Below are positions 9,629-20,959 of a DNA stretch of 64,000 bases, piece after piece. A program made the position numbers and the translations under genes. The DNA lies in NCBI GenBank assembly GCA_963790205.1, contig CAWBNQ010000006.1, positions 63,152-127,151 on the forward strand, written 5' to 3'. Below the pieces are notes generated by a model. It had not been told where the DNA came from. It worked only from the letters and a program-made list of their open reading frames with translations, and did not search any database. The DNA is from Nitrospirota bacterium (lineage in GTDB: Bacteria; Nitrospirota; UBA9217). Numbering within the stretch: position 1 is the first letter of the stretch; every line of letters starts with the position of its first letter.

Positions 9629-10670
9629 TCAGACCGGCAAGACTTTTTTCAGCTCTTGCATAAACGTTTCTTTCGAGCCGCTCCGGAACATCCGCACGAT
9701 CCGCTCCCGCTCCGAAACAAACCGCGCATAGCCGGCCTCCCGGGCCTTTGCGATCGCGTCCCAGTCCCGGTTCCGCATAAATTCAGCATAGGCGTCCCTG
9801 AGCTCCGGAAAGAGCGCCCTCTGGAACCCTTCCAGGAGCGCGACCGAGAGGCCGAGGGCGCCCCGGTCCTTTGTCTCGACGATCCTCCTGAGCGGCCCGT
9901 GGTCCGATGTGTCGGCGATCAGGTCCTTCACCGCGCGGAGGTAATGCTCGTTCATCCGGTCGCCGGCAGCCGCAAGGATTTCGTTCCAGAGCGGAAGGGC
10001 TTCCTTGAACTCAGCGATCTCATGGCAGAGGACGATCCCGGAATAGCGGTCCGTCAACCCTTCGAGCCGCGCTGCGAGGGTGTCGTCCATGAGCTGCCGG
10101 TGCGGGAACCCGTACTGCGTGAAGGCGTCCTCGAGGGCCGTGCGGCCTTTGGCCTTCGATTCGGAGAGCTTGTACTGGAGGAGGATCGAGAGGGGTTCCC
10201 GTCTCAGGAAAACGGTGTTCCCCTGGAGCATGGCCGATGCGGTGAAGAGGTCCCTTACGTATTCGGTCCCCGAGGTATGGACAACCAGTCCCGATACCCT
10301 GTTCGTCGATCTCAGTTCGGCAAGAAAGAAGGTCGGCTTCATGTACATGCCGTACCCTGCGCCGTAAACGAGCCCCCGCGGTCCGATCAGCCGGTTGATC
10401 CCCGCGGCATCGAAGGGGTCGAAGGCCTTCCCGTCGACCATCAGGTCCCGGAACTCCTTCTGCTTCCAGCTCGGGCCAGCGCGATTCCTTGCCGTCGATC
10501 CACGCTGCGATGTCTTCGCGGCGGATATTCGCCCAGGGTTTCAGGTTGTTCTCGGAGCGGTAGAGGTCGCGGTAGCGCAGGAGCAGGCCGCAGATGGAGA
10601 AAAACCCCCAATATTTTGCATCGGAGACGTCGCAGTTGAATTTTATGTCTTCTTTTAAGGAAGCGTCCAT
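9629..10670 (-). CDS. Sfum_1244-like conserved protein (frameshift near 10455)
   Basis: N-terminal NCDVSDA..FSICGLLLRYRDLY continues into ORF 9629-10441 (YGAGYG..KPTFFLA, HE motif). Confidence 0.7.
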
Positions 10671-10924
10671 GTATTCCACGTCCCTGTCGATGAATGAAGG
10701 AAGAGGGAACCTTTTCGTTTTAGCGTCCCGTCGTCTCTCGTCCGTCGCAAGGATTTCCCCTATAGTACCACCTTCACGGCATTCTGTACACAGCCGAGCG
10801 GAGCTCGCGGCCTTCTCCCGGGGCAACGGGTAAATCACCCCGTGCTTCTTATCCCAAAAAGTCCTTGCAACTGCTTAAAAAATAAACTATAATTCGATAC
10901 TTACGCAAAGGCGGGCACGGCTTT

Positions 10925-11998
10925 ATGTCCATGGAAAAGATACAGGAACTCAGAAAAAAGATCGACGGGATCGACGACAAGCTGCTCGACCTGTTGAACG
11001 AGCGCGCCCGCATCGTCATCGAGATCGGCAACATCAAAAAGACCGGAAAGATGGATTTCCATTCGCCTTCCCGTGAACGGGAGATCATCGAACGCCTGAC
11101 CGCGCGCAACAGCGGCCCGCTCCCGCAGGACACCCTCAAGGCCGTTTTCCGCGAGATCATGTCCTCGTCGCTTTCCCTGGAACGCCCGCTCAAGATAGCG
11201 TACCTGGGGCCGCGCGCCACGTTCACCCACATGGCGGGGATGCAGCAGTTCGGCCTCGCGGCCCAGTACGTGCCGGTGGAGAACATCAAGGACGTCTTCA
11301 GCGAAGTGGAGCGCGGCCGGGCCGATTACGGCGTGGTGCCCATCGAGAACACCACGTCGGGGGCCGTGAACTATACCCTCGACATGTTCATCGATTCCGA
11401 CCTCAAGATCGCGGCGGAGATCATGCTCGAGGTTTCGCAGCACCTCATGAACAAGTCGGGCAAGATCGGGGACATCAAAAAAATCTATACGATCTCGCCC
11501 GCGGCGGCGCAGTGCAGGCAGTGGCTCGAGAAAAACCTCCCCGGCGTGCCGGTCCTCGACGCGCCGTCCACGGCCCGGGCCGCGGAAATGGCGGTGGATG
11601 ATCCCACTGCCGGCGCGATCGCCAGCGAGATGGCGGCCGTGCTCTACGGCCTTCAGATCGCGGGGAAGAAGATCGAGGACAATGCCAGCAACATTACCCG
11701 GTTCCTCGTCATAGCGCCGAAATCCCCCGGGAAGACGGGCCGCGACAAGACCTCCATCATGTTCTCGATCAAGGACAAGGTGGGCGCCCTCTATTCCATG
11801 CTTGCGCCCTTTGCCGAAAGCGGGATCAACCTCAACCGTCTCGACGCGCGGCCCTCGGGCAGAAAAGTGTGGGACTACGTGTTCTTCCTCGACATGGAAG
11901 GGCACATCGAAGACGAAAAGATCGCCCGGGCCATCGAAAGCCTCAGGAAGGACTCGATGTTCTTGAAGGTGCTGGGGTCGTACCCGAAAAGCCAGTAG
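10925..11998 (+). CDS. pheA: Chorismate mutase/prephenate dehydratase
   Basis: Chorismate mutase N-terminus, YLGPxATFT, GVVPIEN and TRF motifs, and an ACT domain. Confidence 0.95.
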   Translation: MSMEKIQELRKKIDGIDDKLLDLLNERARIVIEIGNIKKTGKMDFHSPSREREIIERLTARNSGPLPQDTLKAVFREIMSSSLSLERPLKIAYLGPRATFTHMAGMQQFGLAAQYVPVENIKDVFSEVERGRADYGVVPIENTTSGAVNYTLDMFIDSDLKIAAEIMLEVSQHLMNKSGKIGDIKKIYTISPAAAQCRQWLEKNLPGVPVLDAPSTARAAEMAVDDPTAGAIASEMAAVLYGLQIAGKKIEDNASNITRFLVIAPKSPGKTGRDKTSIMFSIKDKVGALYSMLAPFAESGINLNRLDARPSGRKVWDYVFFLDMEGHIEDEKIARAIESLRKDSMFLKVLGSYPKSQ

Positions 11999-12000
11999 CT

Positions 12001-12070
12001 GCGATTGCGGATTTTAGATTTCAGATTTCGGATTTTAAATTCCGCAATCCTCATTCCGCAATTCGAAATG
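12001..12070. repeat. Heptamer-periodic intergenic palindrome
   Basis: TTGCGGA-TTTTAGA-TTTCAGA-TTTCGGA facing ATTCCGC-AATCCTC-ATTCCGC-AATTCGA. Confidence 0.7.
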
Positions 12071-12075
12071 AAACT

Positions 12076-13153
12076 ATGATCACCGTTCCCGAACATATCA
12101 AAAATCTTATTCCCTACGTTCCGGGAAAACCGATCGAGGAGCTTGAGCGCGAGCTGGGCATCACGGGGAGCATCAAGCTCGCGTCGAACGAGAACCCGCT
12201 GGGCCCGTCGCCGAAAGCGGTCGCCGCGCTCAAGAAGGCCGCGGAGGGGCTGAACCGCTATCCCGACGGCAGCGGCTTTTACCTCTCCCAGGCGCTGGCC
12301 AAAAAATACGGGGTGGACCTCAGCCAGGTCGTCCTGGGCAACGGCTCGAACGAACTCATCGAGCTTGCGGTGCGCGCCTTTGTCCGGCCGGGCGACGAGG
12401 TGGTCTCGGCTGATCCATCCTTTGTCGTGTATGCGATGATCACCCAGGCCGCGGGCGGGACGAATGTCATCGTCCCGTGCAGGGAACACCGGCACGATCT
12501 CGACGCCATGGCGGAGCGGATCACGCCGAAGACGAGGATCGTCTTCATCGCCAACCCGAACAACCCGACGGGGACCATGAACACGAAGGCGGAGATGGAC
12601 CGGTTCATGGGACGCGTGCCGGACCACGTGATCGTGGCCGTGGACGAAGCCTACTTCGAGTACGTTACCCATGCCGATTACCCCGATTCCCTGGACTATC
12701 TGAAGGCGGGCAAGAACGTGCTCGCGCTCCGGACCTTCTCGAAGATCTACGGGCTCGCGGGGCTTCGGATCGGCTACGGCATCACGACGCCGGAGATCGC
12801 GGGGCTCCTGAACAAGGTGCGGCAGCCGTTCAATACGAATTCCCTGGGGCAGATCGGGGCCGTTGCGGCCCTGGCGGACCGGAAGCACGTCGAGAAGTCG
12901 ATCGCGAACAACAACGAAGGCAAACAGTTCCTCTATCAGACCTTCGGCCGGCTCGGCGTTTCCTTCATTCCGACGGAGACGAACTTCATTCTCTTCGAAA
13001 CGTCACGGGACGGAAGGGAACTGTACGCCGCGCTCCTGAAGCAAGGCGTGATCATCCGGCCCCATGGGCGGGAACAGGCTCAGGGTCACGATCGGGCTGC
13101 CCGAGGAAAACAAGCGGTTCGCGGACGAGTTGGAGAAGATCTTATCGTCCTGA
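12076..13153 (+). CDS. hisC: Histidinol-phosphate aminotransferase (+1 frameshift near 13060)
   Basis: KLASNENPLGPS, NPNNPTG and RTFSKIYGLAGLRIG motifs. The C-terminal LRVTIG lies in the shifted frame. Confidence 0.93.
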
Positions 13154-13182
13154 TCTTTGTCGCCGCGGAGAACGCGGAGAGC

Positions 13183-13304
13183 AAATTCGAAACTCGAAGC
13201 GCGAAATTCTAAATAATTTCAAAATTTCAAATTCCAATATCGAGAGTTTTTAATTTTGGTAATTTGCTATTGTTGAGAGTTTAGGATTTAGAATTTCGGA
13301 TTTG
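13183..13304. repeat. AT-rich heptamer-periodic intergenic palindrome
   Basis: AAATTCG-AAACTCG-AAGCGCG-AAATTCT facing TAGGATT-TAGAATT-TCGGATTT. Confidence 0.65.
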
Positions 13305-13315
13305 TAAGAGACATT

Positions 13316-14177
13316 ATGATTCTCTTTAACAACGTCACCATCATCGGCGTGGGGCTGATCGGCGGTTCCCTGGCCAGGGTCTTGAAGGCCAAAAACCTCG
13401 CCGCACGCATAACCGGCGCGGGCAGGAGCAGGACCACGCTCGAGCAGGCGCTCAAGCTCGGCGTGATCGACCGCCTGGGCAACGGTCCGGCGCAGTCCGT
13501 CGAGGACGCGGACCTCGTGGTCCTCGCATCGCCGGTCGGGACCTTCGAGAAGATCGTGAGTGAGATCGGGCCGCGCCTCAAGCCGGGCGCGATCCTCACC
13601 GATGTGGGGAGCGTGAAGGGCGCGCTCATCAAGAAAATCGAAAACGCCATTCCCTCGGGTTCGCACTATGTCCCGGCGCACCCCATCGCGGGCAGGGAAA
13701 AATCCGGCGTGGCCGAGTCCACGGAAACGCTTTTCCAGGGGCGCCGGTGCATCCTCACGCCCGACGGCGAGGACGGACCAGAAGGCCCTTGCGGCCGTGC
13801 GCGACATGTGGACCGCGGCCGGCGCCGAGGTGACCGTCATGGACGCCGACCTGCATGACAAGGTTTTTGCCGCCGTGAGCCACCTCCCGCATGTTGCGGC
13901 CTTCGCGATGATGTGCGCCGTAGCGGAATTGAACACGGGCACGGAGGACTATATCCAGTTCTCCGGCGCGGGCTTCCGGGATTTTACGCGCATTGCCGCG
14001 AGTTCCCCGGAGATGTGGAAGGACATCTGTCTCATGAACCGTGACAACCTCGTCCAGATGATCGACCGCTACCTGTTTTCGCTGAACCAGTTCAAGCGGG
14101 AGATCAGTTCGCGGGACGAGAAGCGGCTGGAAAAACACCTCAAGGAGTCGAGCGACGCGAGAAAGAGGTTGGGGTAA
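13316..14177 (+). CDS. tyrA: Prephenate/arogenate dehydrogenase (frameshift near 13761)
   Basis: GVGLIGGS, DVGSVK, HPIAG, HD..SHLPH and GFRDFTRIA motifs across two frames. Confidence 0.92.
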
Positions 14178-15481
14178 ATGGCCGACCTCACGGTAAAGCC
14201 CTCGCGCGGACTCCAGGGCGATACTGACGCTGCCGGGCGACAAATCCATGTCCCACCGGTCGGTGATCTTTGCCGCCATCGCCGAAGGGGACACGCTCAT
14301 CAACGGCTTCCTCGCCGGTGAGGATACGCTGAACACGGCCAGGGCGCTCGAGTCCCTGGGGATCGTCATAGACGGCCTCGGCAGCAGCCGTCTCATTGTT
14401 CGCGGAAAAGGCCTCGACGGCCTGACGGAGCCCGCGGGCGTGCTCGACCTCGGCAATTCAGGCACGGGCATGCGGCTCCTTGCCGGGCTGCTCGCGGGCC
14501 AGGATTTTTTTTCCATACTGACCGGCGACCAGTACCTGAGGAAGCGGCCCATGGCAAGGATCGTCGAGCCGCTCCGCCGAATGGGCGCAGCGATCGACGG
14601 CCGTTCGGGAGGCAGGCTCGCGCCGCTCTCGATCAGGGGCGGCGGTCCGAAGACCAGGGCGATCGATTATACCAGTCCCGTTGCCAGCGCCCAGGTAAAG
14701 TCGGCGCTGCTTCTTGCGGGGCTCTATGCTCGACGGCGAAACAACGGTGAGCGAGCCGTCGAAGTCCCGGGACCACACGGAGCGCATGTTCAGGTTTTTC
14801 AACGTCGAGGTCAGGGAACGGGGCACGGCGGTCACGCTCCGGGGGCGTCAGGCGCTGCGGCCGAAAGGCCCGCTCGAGATCCCGGCGGACATTTCCTCGG
14901 CCGCGTTCTTCATGGTCGCCGCTTGCATCGTTCCCGGCTCGGACCTCCTGATCAAAAACGTGGGGGTGAACCCCACGCGCACCGGCATCATCGACGTGCT
15001 CCTGTCGATGGGCGCCGATATTGCGCTCTGGAATCCGCGCGAGCAGGCCGGAGAGCCGGTGGCGGACATCAGGGTACGGCACCGGAAACTGCGGGCAGCG
15101 CGGATAGAGGGGGCGATGGTCCCGAGGGCCATCGACGAGATCCCGGTGTTGTCCGTCGCTGCTGCGTACGCCGGGGGCACGACGATCATCAAGGACGCCG
15201 CCGAGCTCCGGGTGAAAGAATCGGACCGTATCGCAACGATGGCCGCAGAGCTCAAAAAAATGGGAGCCACGGTCAAAGAGCTTCCCGACGGCATGGAGAT
15301 CACCGGGAGGGACTCGCTCGACGGGGCCGTGTGCGAGAGCCACGGCGACCACCGCATTGCCATGTCCCTGGCCGTGGCGGGGCTCGCGGCCCGGGGAGAG
15401 ACGGTAGTGCGCGATACGGAGTGGATAGACACCTCGTTCCCGGGATTCGAGCGGCTGCTGCGGCAAGCGGCGTATCGATGA
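14178..15481 (+). CDS. aroA: EPSP synthase (frameshifts near 14215 and 14730)
   Basis: PGDKSMSHR, GNSGTGMR, SAQVKSA, RVKESDR and DHRIAM motifs. Confidence 0.93.
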
Positions 15482-15487
15482 CAACAA

Positions 15488-15600
15488 AAATTTAAGCACG
15501 AAGCCTTAAACTCTAAACAATATTCAATTTAAAATGTTTTAAATTTTGCGTTTTGGTTATTCGATATTGTTTGGTATTTTGAGTTTCGGATTTAGAGTTT
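15488..15600. repeat. AT-rich heptamer-periodic intergenic palindrome
   Basis: AAGCACG-AAGCCTT-AAACTCT-AAACAATAT facing ATATTGTTT..TTTCGGA-TTTAGAG. Confidence 0.6.
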
Positions 15601-15633
15601 CCTGTGCCTTCTGCGGCACTTGTCTGAACGGGT

Positions 15634-16308
15634 ATGAAAAAAAGCGGTCTCGTAATAGCAATCGACGGCCCCTCGGGCGCGGGAAAGAGCACTGCTGCAC
15701 GGCGCCTTGCCGAACGCCTGGGGTATATCTATGTCGACACCGGCGCCATGTACCGCGCCATCGGCTGGAAGGCAAAACGAGAGGGGATCGACCCGGACGA
15801 TGAAGCACGGCTTTCGGACCTGTGCGGCCGCACCGAGGTCACGATCAAAAAGGACAACAGCGACCCCCGGTTCTCCGTTAACGGCATCGATGTGACGGGT
15901 GAGCTTCGCACCCCCGAGATGGGGATGATGGCGTCCGCGGTGTCGAAATCGCCGGCGGTCCGCGCCCGGCTCCTTACGCTCCAGCGGGAACTCGGCAGGC
16001 ACGGGGGCGTGGTGATGGACGGCAGGGACATCGGCACCGTCGTTTTCCCCGACGCGGACGTTAAGTTCTACCTCGAGGCAAACGCGGGAGAGCGGGGAAG
16101 GCGCCGCTATCTCGAGCTCAAGACAAAGGGCATGGACGTCGATCGCGCCCAAATCACGAAGGAGATCGAGGAGCGGGACCGGCAGGACAGCGGCCGCGCG
16201 CTCGCACCGCTCAAAAAGGCGGACGACGCGCACTTGATCGATTCGAGCGCGATGAGCATCGACGACGTGCTGAACAGGATGCTGTCAGAGATAAGGAAAG
16301 TGAAGTAG
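15634..16308 (+). CDS. cmk: Cytidylate kinase
   Basis: IAIDGPSGAGKST, DTGAMYR and DGRDIGTVVFPDA motifs. Confidence 0.96.
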   Translation: MKKSGLVIAIDGPSGAGKSTAARRLAERLGYIYVDTGAMYRAIGWKAKREGIDPDDEARLSDLCGRTEVTIKKDNSDPRFSVNGIDVTGELRTPEMGMMASAVSKSPAVRARLLTLQRELGRHGGVVMDGRDIGTVVFPDADVKFYLEANAGERGRRRYLELKTKGMDVDRAQITKEIEERDRQDSGRALAPLKKADDAHLIDSSAMSIDDVLNRMLSEIRKVK

Positions 16309-16456
16309 ACAAAGTCAAAAAATCCGGATATACCGCTGGGCGCGCTGAGGGCGCAGAGGTAAGGCAATAAATTTTAAGTTCTCTCCGCGAGCTCTGCGAA
16401 CTCCGGGGTGGACATTCTTTACGAAGCCATCAAGGTAAAAGATAAAAGTATAAGAT

Positions 16457-17305
16457 ATGGAAATATTATTAGCAGATAAAGCGGGTTTCTGCTTCGGCGT
16501 GAAGCGGGCGATCAATACGGCATTCGAGGCCGCTGTCGGGGGAAGGATCTTTTGTCTCGGTCCGCTCATCCACAACCCCCAGGAGGTGGAGCGTCTTCGC
16601 CGCGCCGGCGTGGAGACCGTTGACGATTTCTCGTCGCTCAAGGCGGGAGATTCTCTCATTATCCGTTCTCACGGCGTGCCTCCCCAGGTGCTCGCGCAGG
16701 CCCGTGACAGAGGCCTTACCATCATCGATCTTACCTGCCCCTTCGTGGGCAAGGCGCAGCGTGATGCCGAGGCCATGAAGAAAGAGGGCTACCAGGTCGT
16801 GGTTGTGGGAGAAAAAAAACATCCCGAGGTGCAGAGCATCCTCGGCTATGCCGGCGACAACGCTGTCGTGGTGGAGAAGGCGGAAGACATTGAGGGCCTC
16901 GAGTTTCAAGGCCGGGTGGGGATCGTCACCCAAACGACCCAAACATATGGTAATTTTTCGGAAATTGTGCTAACATTATTACGTCTTTGCAAGGAATTAA
17001 AGATTTTCAATACCATTTGCAGCTCGACAAAAGAGCGCCAGAATGCGGCGCGGGTCCTGGCCGGTCAGGTCGATGTCATGCTGGTGGTGGGGGGCCGCAA
17101 CAGCGCCAACACCAGCCGGCTGGCCGATCTGTGCAGGCAGGAAGGAAAGCCTACGTATCATATCGAGGTTGCTGATGAGATTCGGCGTGAATGGCTGAAA
17201 GGCGCAACCAGAGTGGGTGTCACGGCAGGGGCTTCGACGCCCGACTGGGTCGTGGAAGGGGTCATCAAAAAACTGACAACAGAAGGCGGAAAGGTCGGAC
17301 GTTAG
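16457..17305 (+). CDS. ispH: 4-hydroxy-3-methylbut-2-enyl diphosphate reductase
   Basis: GFCFGVKRA, IHN, TCPFV, NTIC..T..RQ, SANT and TAGASTP motifs. Confidence 0.96.
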   Translation: MEILLADKAGFCFGVKRAINTAFEAAVGGRIFCLGPLIHNPQEVERLRRAGVETVDDFSSLKAGDSLIIRSHGVPPQVLAQARDRGLTIIDLTCPFVGKAQRDAEAMKKEGYQVVVVGEKKHPEVQSILGYAGDNAVVVEKAEDIEGLEFQGRVGIVTQTTQTYGNFSEIVLTLLRLCKELKIFNTICSSTKERQNAARVLAGQVDVMLVVGGRNSANTSRLADLCRQEGKPTYHIEVADEIRREWLKGATRVGVTAGASTPDWVVEGVIKKLTTEGGKVGR

Positions 17306-17357
17306 CCGCACAGCGGCTGCCGGCCGACACTATATATTCGGGAGGTAGGCGATTTTA

Positions 17358-19065
17358 ATGAAGGATACGCGGGAAGACAACGATCGTGAAGAAAACGGCG
17401 CACCGGGCGGAGAAGAGCAAAACGAGTTTGAAAAGCTCTACGATCAGTCGCTCAAGAGCTTTAAATCGGGAACGGTGGTGCGGGGGCGGGTGCTGCAGGT
17501 CCGTACCGGGGTTTCCGGAGTGGTGATGCTGGACCTGGGATACAAGTCGGACGGCATTATCCCCGCGGAGCAGTTCACGGAAGAGGAACTCAAGGCCCTC
17601 AAGCCCGGCGATGAACTCGATGTTTTGCTCGAGGCGGCGGAAGACGCGAACGGCAATCTGCTGCTCTCGCGTGAAAAGGCCAAAAAACTGCAAGTTTGGG
17701 ACGTGTTGAACCGCGCCTATCAGACGGGCGCGCCGCTGCAAGGCAGGGTGATTTCGGTCATCAAGGGCGGCCTGACCGTGGACATCGGCGGCGTAACTGG
17801 CCTTCCTCCCGGGCTCCCAGATCGACATAAAACCCGTACATAACCTCAACCAGATGGTGGGGCAGGTGCTGGAGCTGAAGATCATCAAAATGAACTCCGG
17901 TCGCGGCAACATCGTTCTCTCCCGCAGGGTCCTGCTCGAGCACAAGCAGGGCGCGAAAAAAGAGGAAACTCTCGCTTCGCTGGCTGAAGGCCAGATCGTG
18001 AGCGGCGTCATCAAGAACATTACGGAATACGGAGCGTTTGTGGACCTCGGCGGCATCGATGGTCTGCTCCATATCACCGACATGTCCTGGGGCAGGATCA
18101 ATCATCCTTCCGACCTGTTGGCGATAGGGGACAAGGTCGAGGTAAAGGTCCTCAAATACGACCGGGAAAAGCAGAAAGTCTCCCTCGGCATCAAACAGAA
18201 AACACAGGACCCGTGGCTTACGATCGGCGAGAAATATCCGGTCGGAACGAAGGTCCGCGGCAAAGTCGTCAGCCTGACCGATTACGGCGCCTTCGTGGAA
18301 TTGGAGCACGGCATCGAGGGCTTGGTGCATGTCTCCGAGATGTCCTGGACCCAGAAGGTCAAACATCCGTCGAAGATCGTAACTGCCGGCGACATGATCG
18401 ATGCGCAGGTGCTTTCCATCGACCCGACGGGCAAGCGCATCTCGCTCGGCATCAAGCAGAGGGAGGCCAATCCCTGGCAGACCCTGGGCGAGCGTTTTCC
18501 CGTCGGCTCCACGATCGAGGGCAAGATCAGGACCATAACGGATTTCGGCGCCTTCGTGGGGCTGGAGGAAGGCATTGACGGACTCGTCCATATCTCCGAC
18601 CTGTCCTGGACCAAACATGTAAAGCACCCGTCGGAATTGCTCAAGAAAGGGCAGACCGTGAAAGCCATGGTGCTCTCCATCGATGCGCAGAAGGAGCGTA
18701 TCTCGCTCGGGATCAAGCAGCTCACGCCGGACCCCTGGGACAAGCTTATTTCCGAACGGTATAAGGTCGGACAGGATGAGAAGGTAAAGGTGACGAAGGT
18801 CGCTGACTTCGGCCTGTTCGTGGAGCTTGAGCACGGGATCGAGGGCCTGATACCCGCATCGGAGCTCGTGAAGGACGCCGAGCCCGCGAAGGAAGGCGAC
18901 GAGGTCACGGCCCGCGTCATCAAGGTCGACCGGGGAGACCGCAGGGTCGCGCTTTCGATCAAGGCCCATGCCAAGGGCAAAGACCGGTCGACCCTCCAGG
19001 AGTACATGAATCAGCAACCCAAGCCCGACACCACGCTCGGCGCGCTGCTGAAAGAGCGGAGCTGA
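17358..19065 (+). CDS. rpsA: 30S ribosomal protein S1 (frameshift near 17797)
   Basis: Repeated S1 domains (YGAFVDLGGIDGLLH..SW). The AFLPGSQID motif spans the shift. Confidence 0.95.
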
Positions 19066-19071
19066 TCCTTC

Positions 19072-19974
19072 ATGAAAAAGAACCCCGTGCTTATCATCCT
19101 CGTAACGGCGGCGGCGCTCGGCGCGCTCTTCTTTATTGTTCTATTCATCGGCGCGCGCCTGACCGGCGTAACCGCTTCAGCCGTGCTGCCGGTCGTCGGT
19201 TCAGGCCGGGTGGCGCTGGTAAGGATCGAAGGAGTGCTCGTCACGTCCGATAACGTTGTCGATGAACTGCGCGATTACGCCGAGGATTCTTCCATTAAGG
19301 CCATTGTTATTCGCATCGACAGCCCCGGCGGCGGCGTGGTCCCTTCCCAGGAGATCTACAACGCGGTGAAGTACGCGAAAAAAGAGGGTAAGAAGGTCGT
19401 CGTATCGATGGGCTCCGTCGCCGCGTCGGGAGGTTATTACGTGGCGTCCGCGGCCGACAAGATCGTCGCCAACCCCGGCACGCTCACCGGCAGTATCGGC
19501 GTGAAGATGGAATTCGCGAACTTTGAAAAGCTGCTCGAAAAGATCGGCGTTCAGGGCATGGTCGTGAAGTCGGGAGAGTACAAGGACATCGGTTCTCCCT
19601 TCCGCGCCATGACGGGGCCGGAGCAAAAACTGCTCCAGGGCGTTATCGACGACGTTCAGAGCCAGTTCGTCTCGGCGGTTGCCGAGGGAAGGAAGCTGCA
19701 GGAAGCGGACGTGAGGGCCATTGCGGACGGACGCATTTTCACCGGCCAGCAGGCGCTCGCCCTTAAACTCGTGGACCAGATGGGCGACCTCGCCGACAGC
19801 ATTCAGCTTGCCGGGAGCCTCGCGGGGATCAAGGGCAAACCGGCGGTAATAGAAAAAAGGAAAAAGATCCCCTTTTTTGAATATCTCAAGGAAGAGTCCG
19901 CAACGTGGATAGCGGACGTTATCACGAGCGGCGTTAACAGGAGTTCCGCAAAGCTCCAATATTTGTATCGCTGA
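19072..19974 (+). CDS. sppA: Signal peptide peptidase SppA (S49)
   Basis: RIDSPGG, AASGGYY and TGSIGV motifs. Confidence 0.93.
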   Translation: MKKNPVLIILVTAAALGALFFIVLFIGARLTGVTASAVLPVVGSGRVALVRIEGVLVTSDNVVDELRDYAEDSSIKAIVIRIDSPGGGVVPSQEIYNAVKYAKKEGKKVVVSMGSVAASGGYYVASAADKIVANPGTLTGSIGVKMEFANFEKLLEKIGVQGMVVKSGEYKDIGSPFRAMTGPEQKLLQGVIDDVQSQFVSAVAEGRKLQEADVRAIADGRIFTGQQALALKLVDQMGDLADSIQLAGSLAGIKGKPAVIEKRKKIPFFEYLKEESATWIADVITSGVNRSSAKLQYLYR

Positions 19975-19998
19975 CGGTATTATGAGGAGGGGGATTGC

Positions 19999-20283
19999 AT
20001 GACCAAGGCAGAGCTTGTCGATAAGATTTCCGAGAAAAAACTTAATCTAACGAGAAAACAGGTGGAAGTGGTCGTCAACACCGTGCTCGACGGCATCAAA
20101 GACGCTCTTTCGCGGGACGATAAGGTGGAGATCCGGGGTTTCGGGAGCTTCCGCGTCCGGCACCGCCGCGCCAAAGAGGGAAGAAATCCCAAGACCGGCG
20201 AGGCCGTTTCGGTTCCCCCGAAGAAGGTCCCCTTTTTCAAGGCGGGCAAGGAAATGCGCGAAATGGTGGACGGGAAGATCTAG
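19999..20283 (+). CDS. ihfB: Integration host factor beta / HU family protein
   Basis: MTKAELV, VEIRGFGSF and GRNPKTG motifs; located after rpsA-sppA. Confidence 0.88.
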   Translation: MTKAELVDKISEKKLNLTRKQVEVVVNTVLDGIKDALSRDDKVEIRGFGSFRVRHRRAKEGRNPKTGEAVSVPPKKVPFFKAGKEMREMVDGKI

Positions 20284-20293
20284 GAGGCCCCTC

Positions 20294-20959
20294 TCATCCG
20301 TCCATTTCTAGTTTGATAATTCCCTTCTGAATGGCAAACTTGATCAATCCCGCCCGCGTATGGACGCTGAGCTTGTCCCCGATATTTGTTTGATGGGCAA
20401 TGACCGTCTTGACGCTGATCGTGAGCATGTCGGCCACTTCCTTGTGCGTGTGGCCTTCGGCAACGAGTTTCAGCACCTGTTTTTCCCGATCGCTCAACTT
20501 ATCATAGGGGTTTTCCGTACAGACTTCCCGGCCCCCCTGGAGGTAGCCGGCCACCACTTCCGAGGCGATCGAGGAGTAGAGATAGAGCTCCCCTCTCACG
20601 ATTGCCTTGAGCGCCGCGATCAGGTCGCTCCCAACGGCCTTCTTCAGCAAATACCCCGAGACCCCCGCCTTGAGAAAGCGCGAAATATACTCCCGGTCTT
20701 CATATTGAGTAAGGACCAGCACCTTGATTTCGGGGTGCAGCCTCTTTACTTCGATTGTGGCCTCGAGGCCGCCGAGCTTCGGCATATTGATATCCATGAT
20801 GATGATATCGGGCCGGAACTTGGCGGTTTTCTCGAGGGCCTCAATCCCGTCCGAGGCCTCGGCGACGACCTCGACTTCATCGTACAATTTCAAAAATGCC
20901 GCGATCCCTTCCCGGACCAGCGCATGATCATCGGCTATGAGGACCTTTTTCTTAAGCAT
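20294..20959 (-). CDS. NarL/LuxR-family response regulator
   Basis: REC domain (ADDH, MDINMP) plus LuxR HTH (LSDREKQVL). Confidence 0.93.
   Translation of the reverse strand: MLKKKVLIADDHALVREGIAAFLKLYDEVEVVAEASDGIEALEKTAKFRPDIIIMDINMPKLGGLEATIEVKRLHPEIKVLVLTQYEDREYISRFLKAGVSGYLLKKAVGSDLIAALKAIVRGELYLYSSIASEVVAGYLQGGREVCTENPYDKLSDREKQVLKLVAEGHTHKEVADMLTISVKTVIAHQTNIGDKLSVHTRAGLIKFAIQKGIIKLEMDG

Noticed and set aside
12076..19065. Programmed frameshifting or true pseudogenes in hisC, tyrA, aroA and rpsA
   Set aside because: There is no common slippery motif and no other decay; sequencing error is the simpler explanation.
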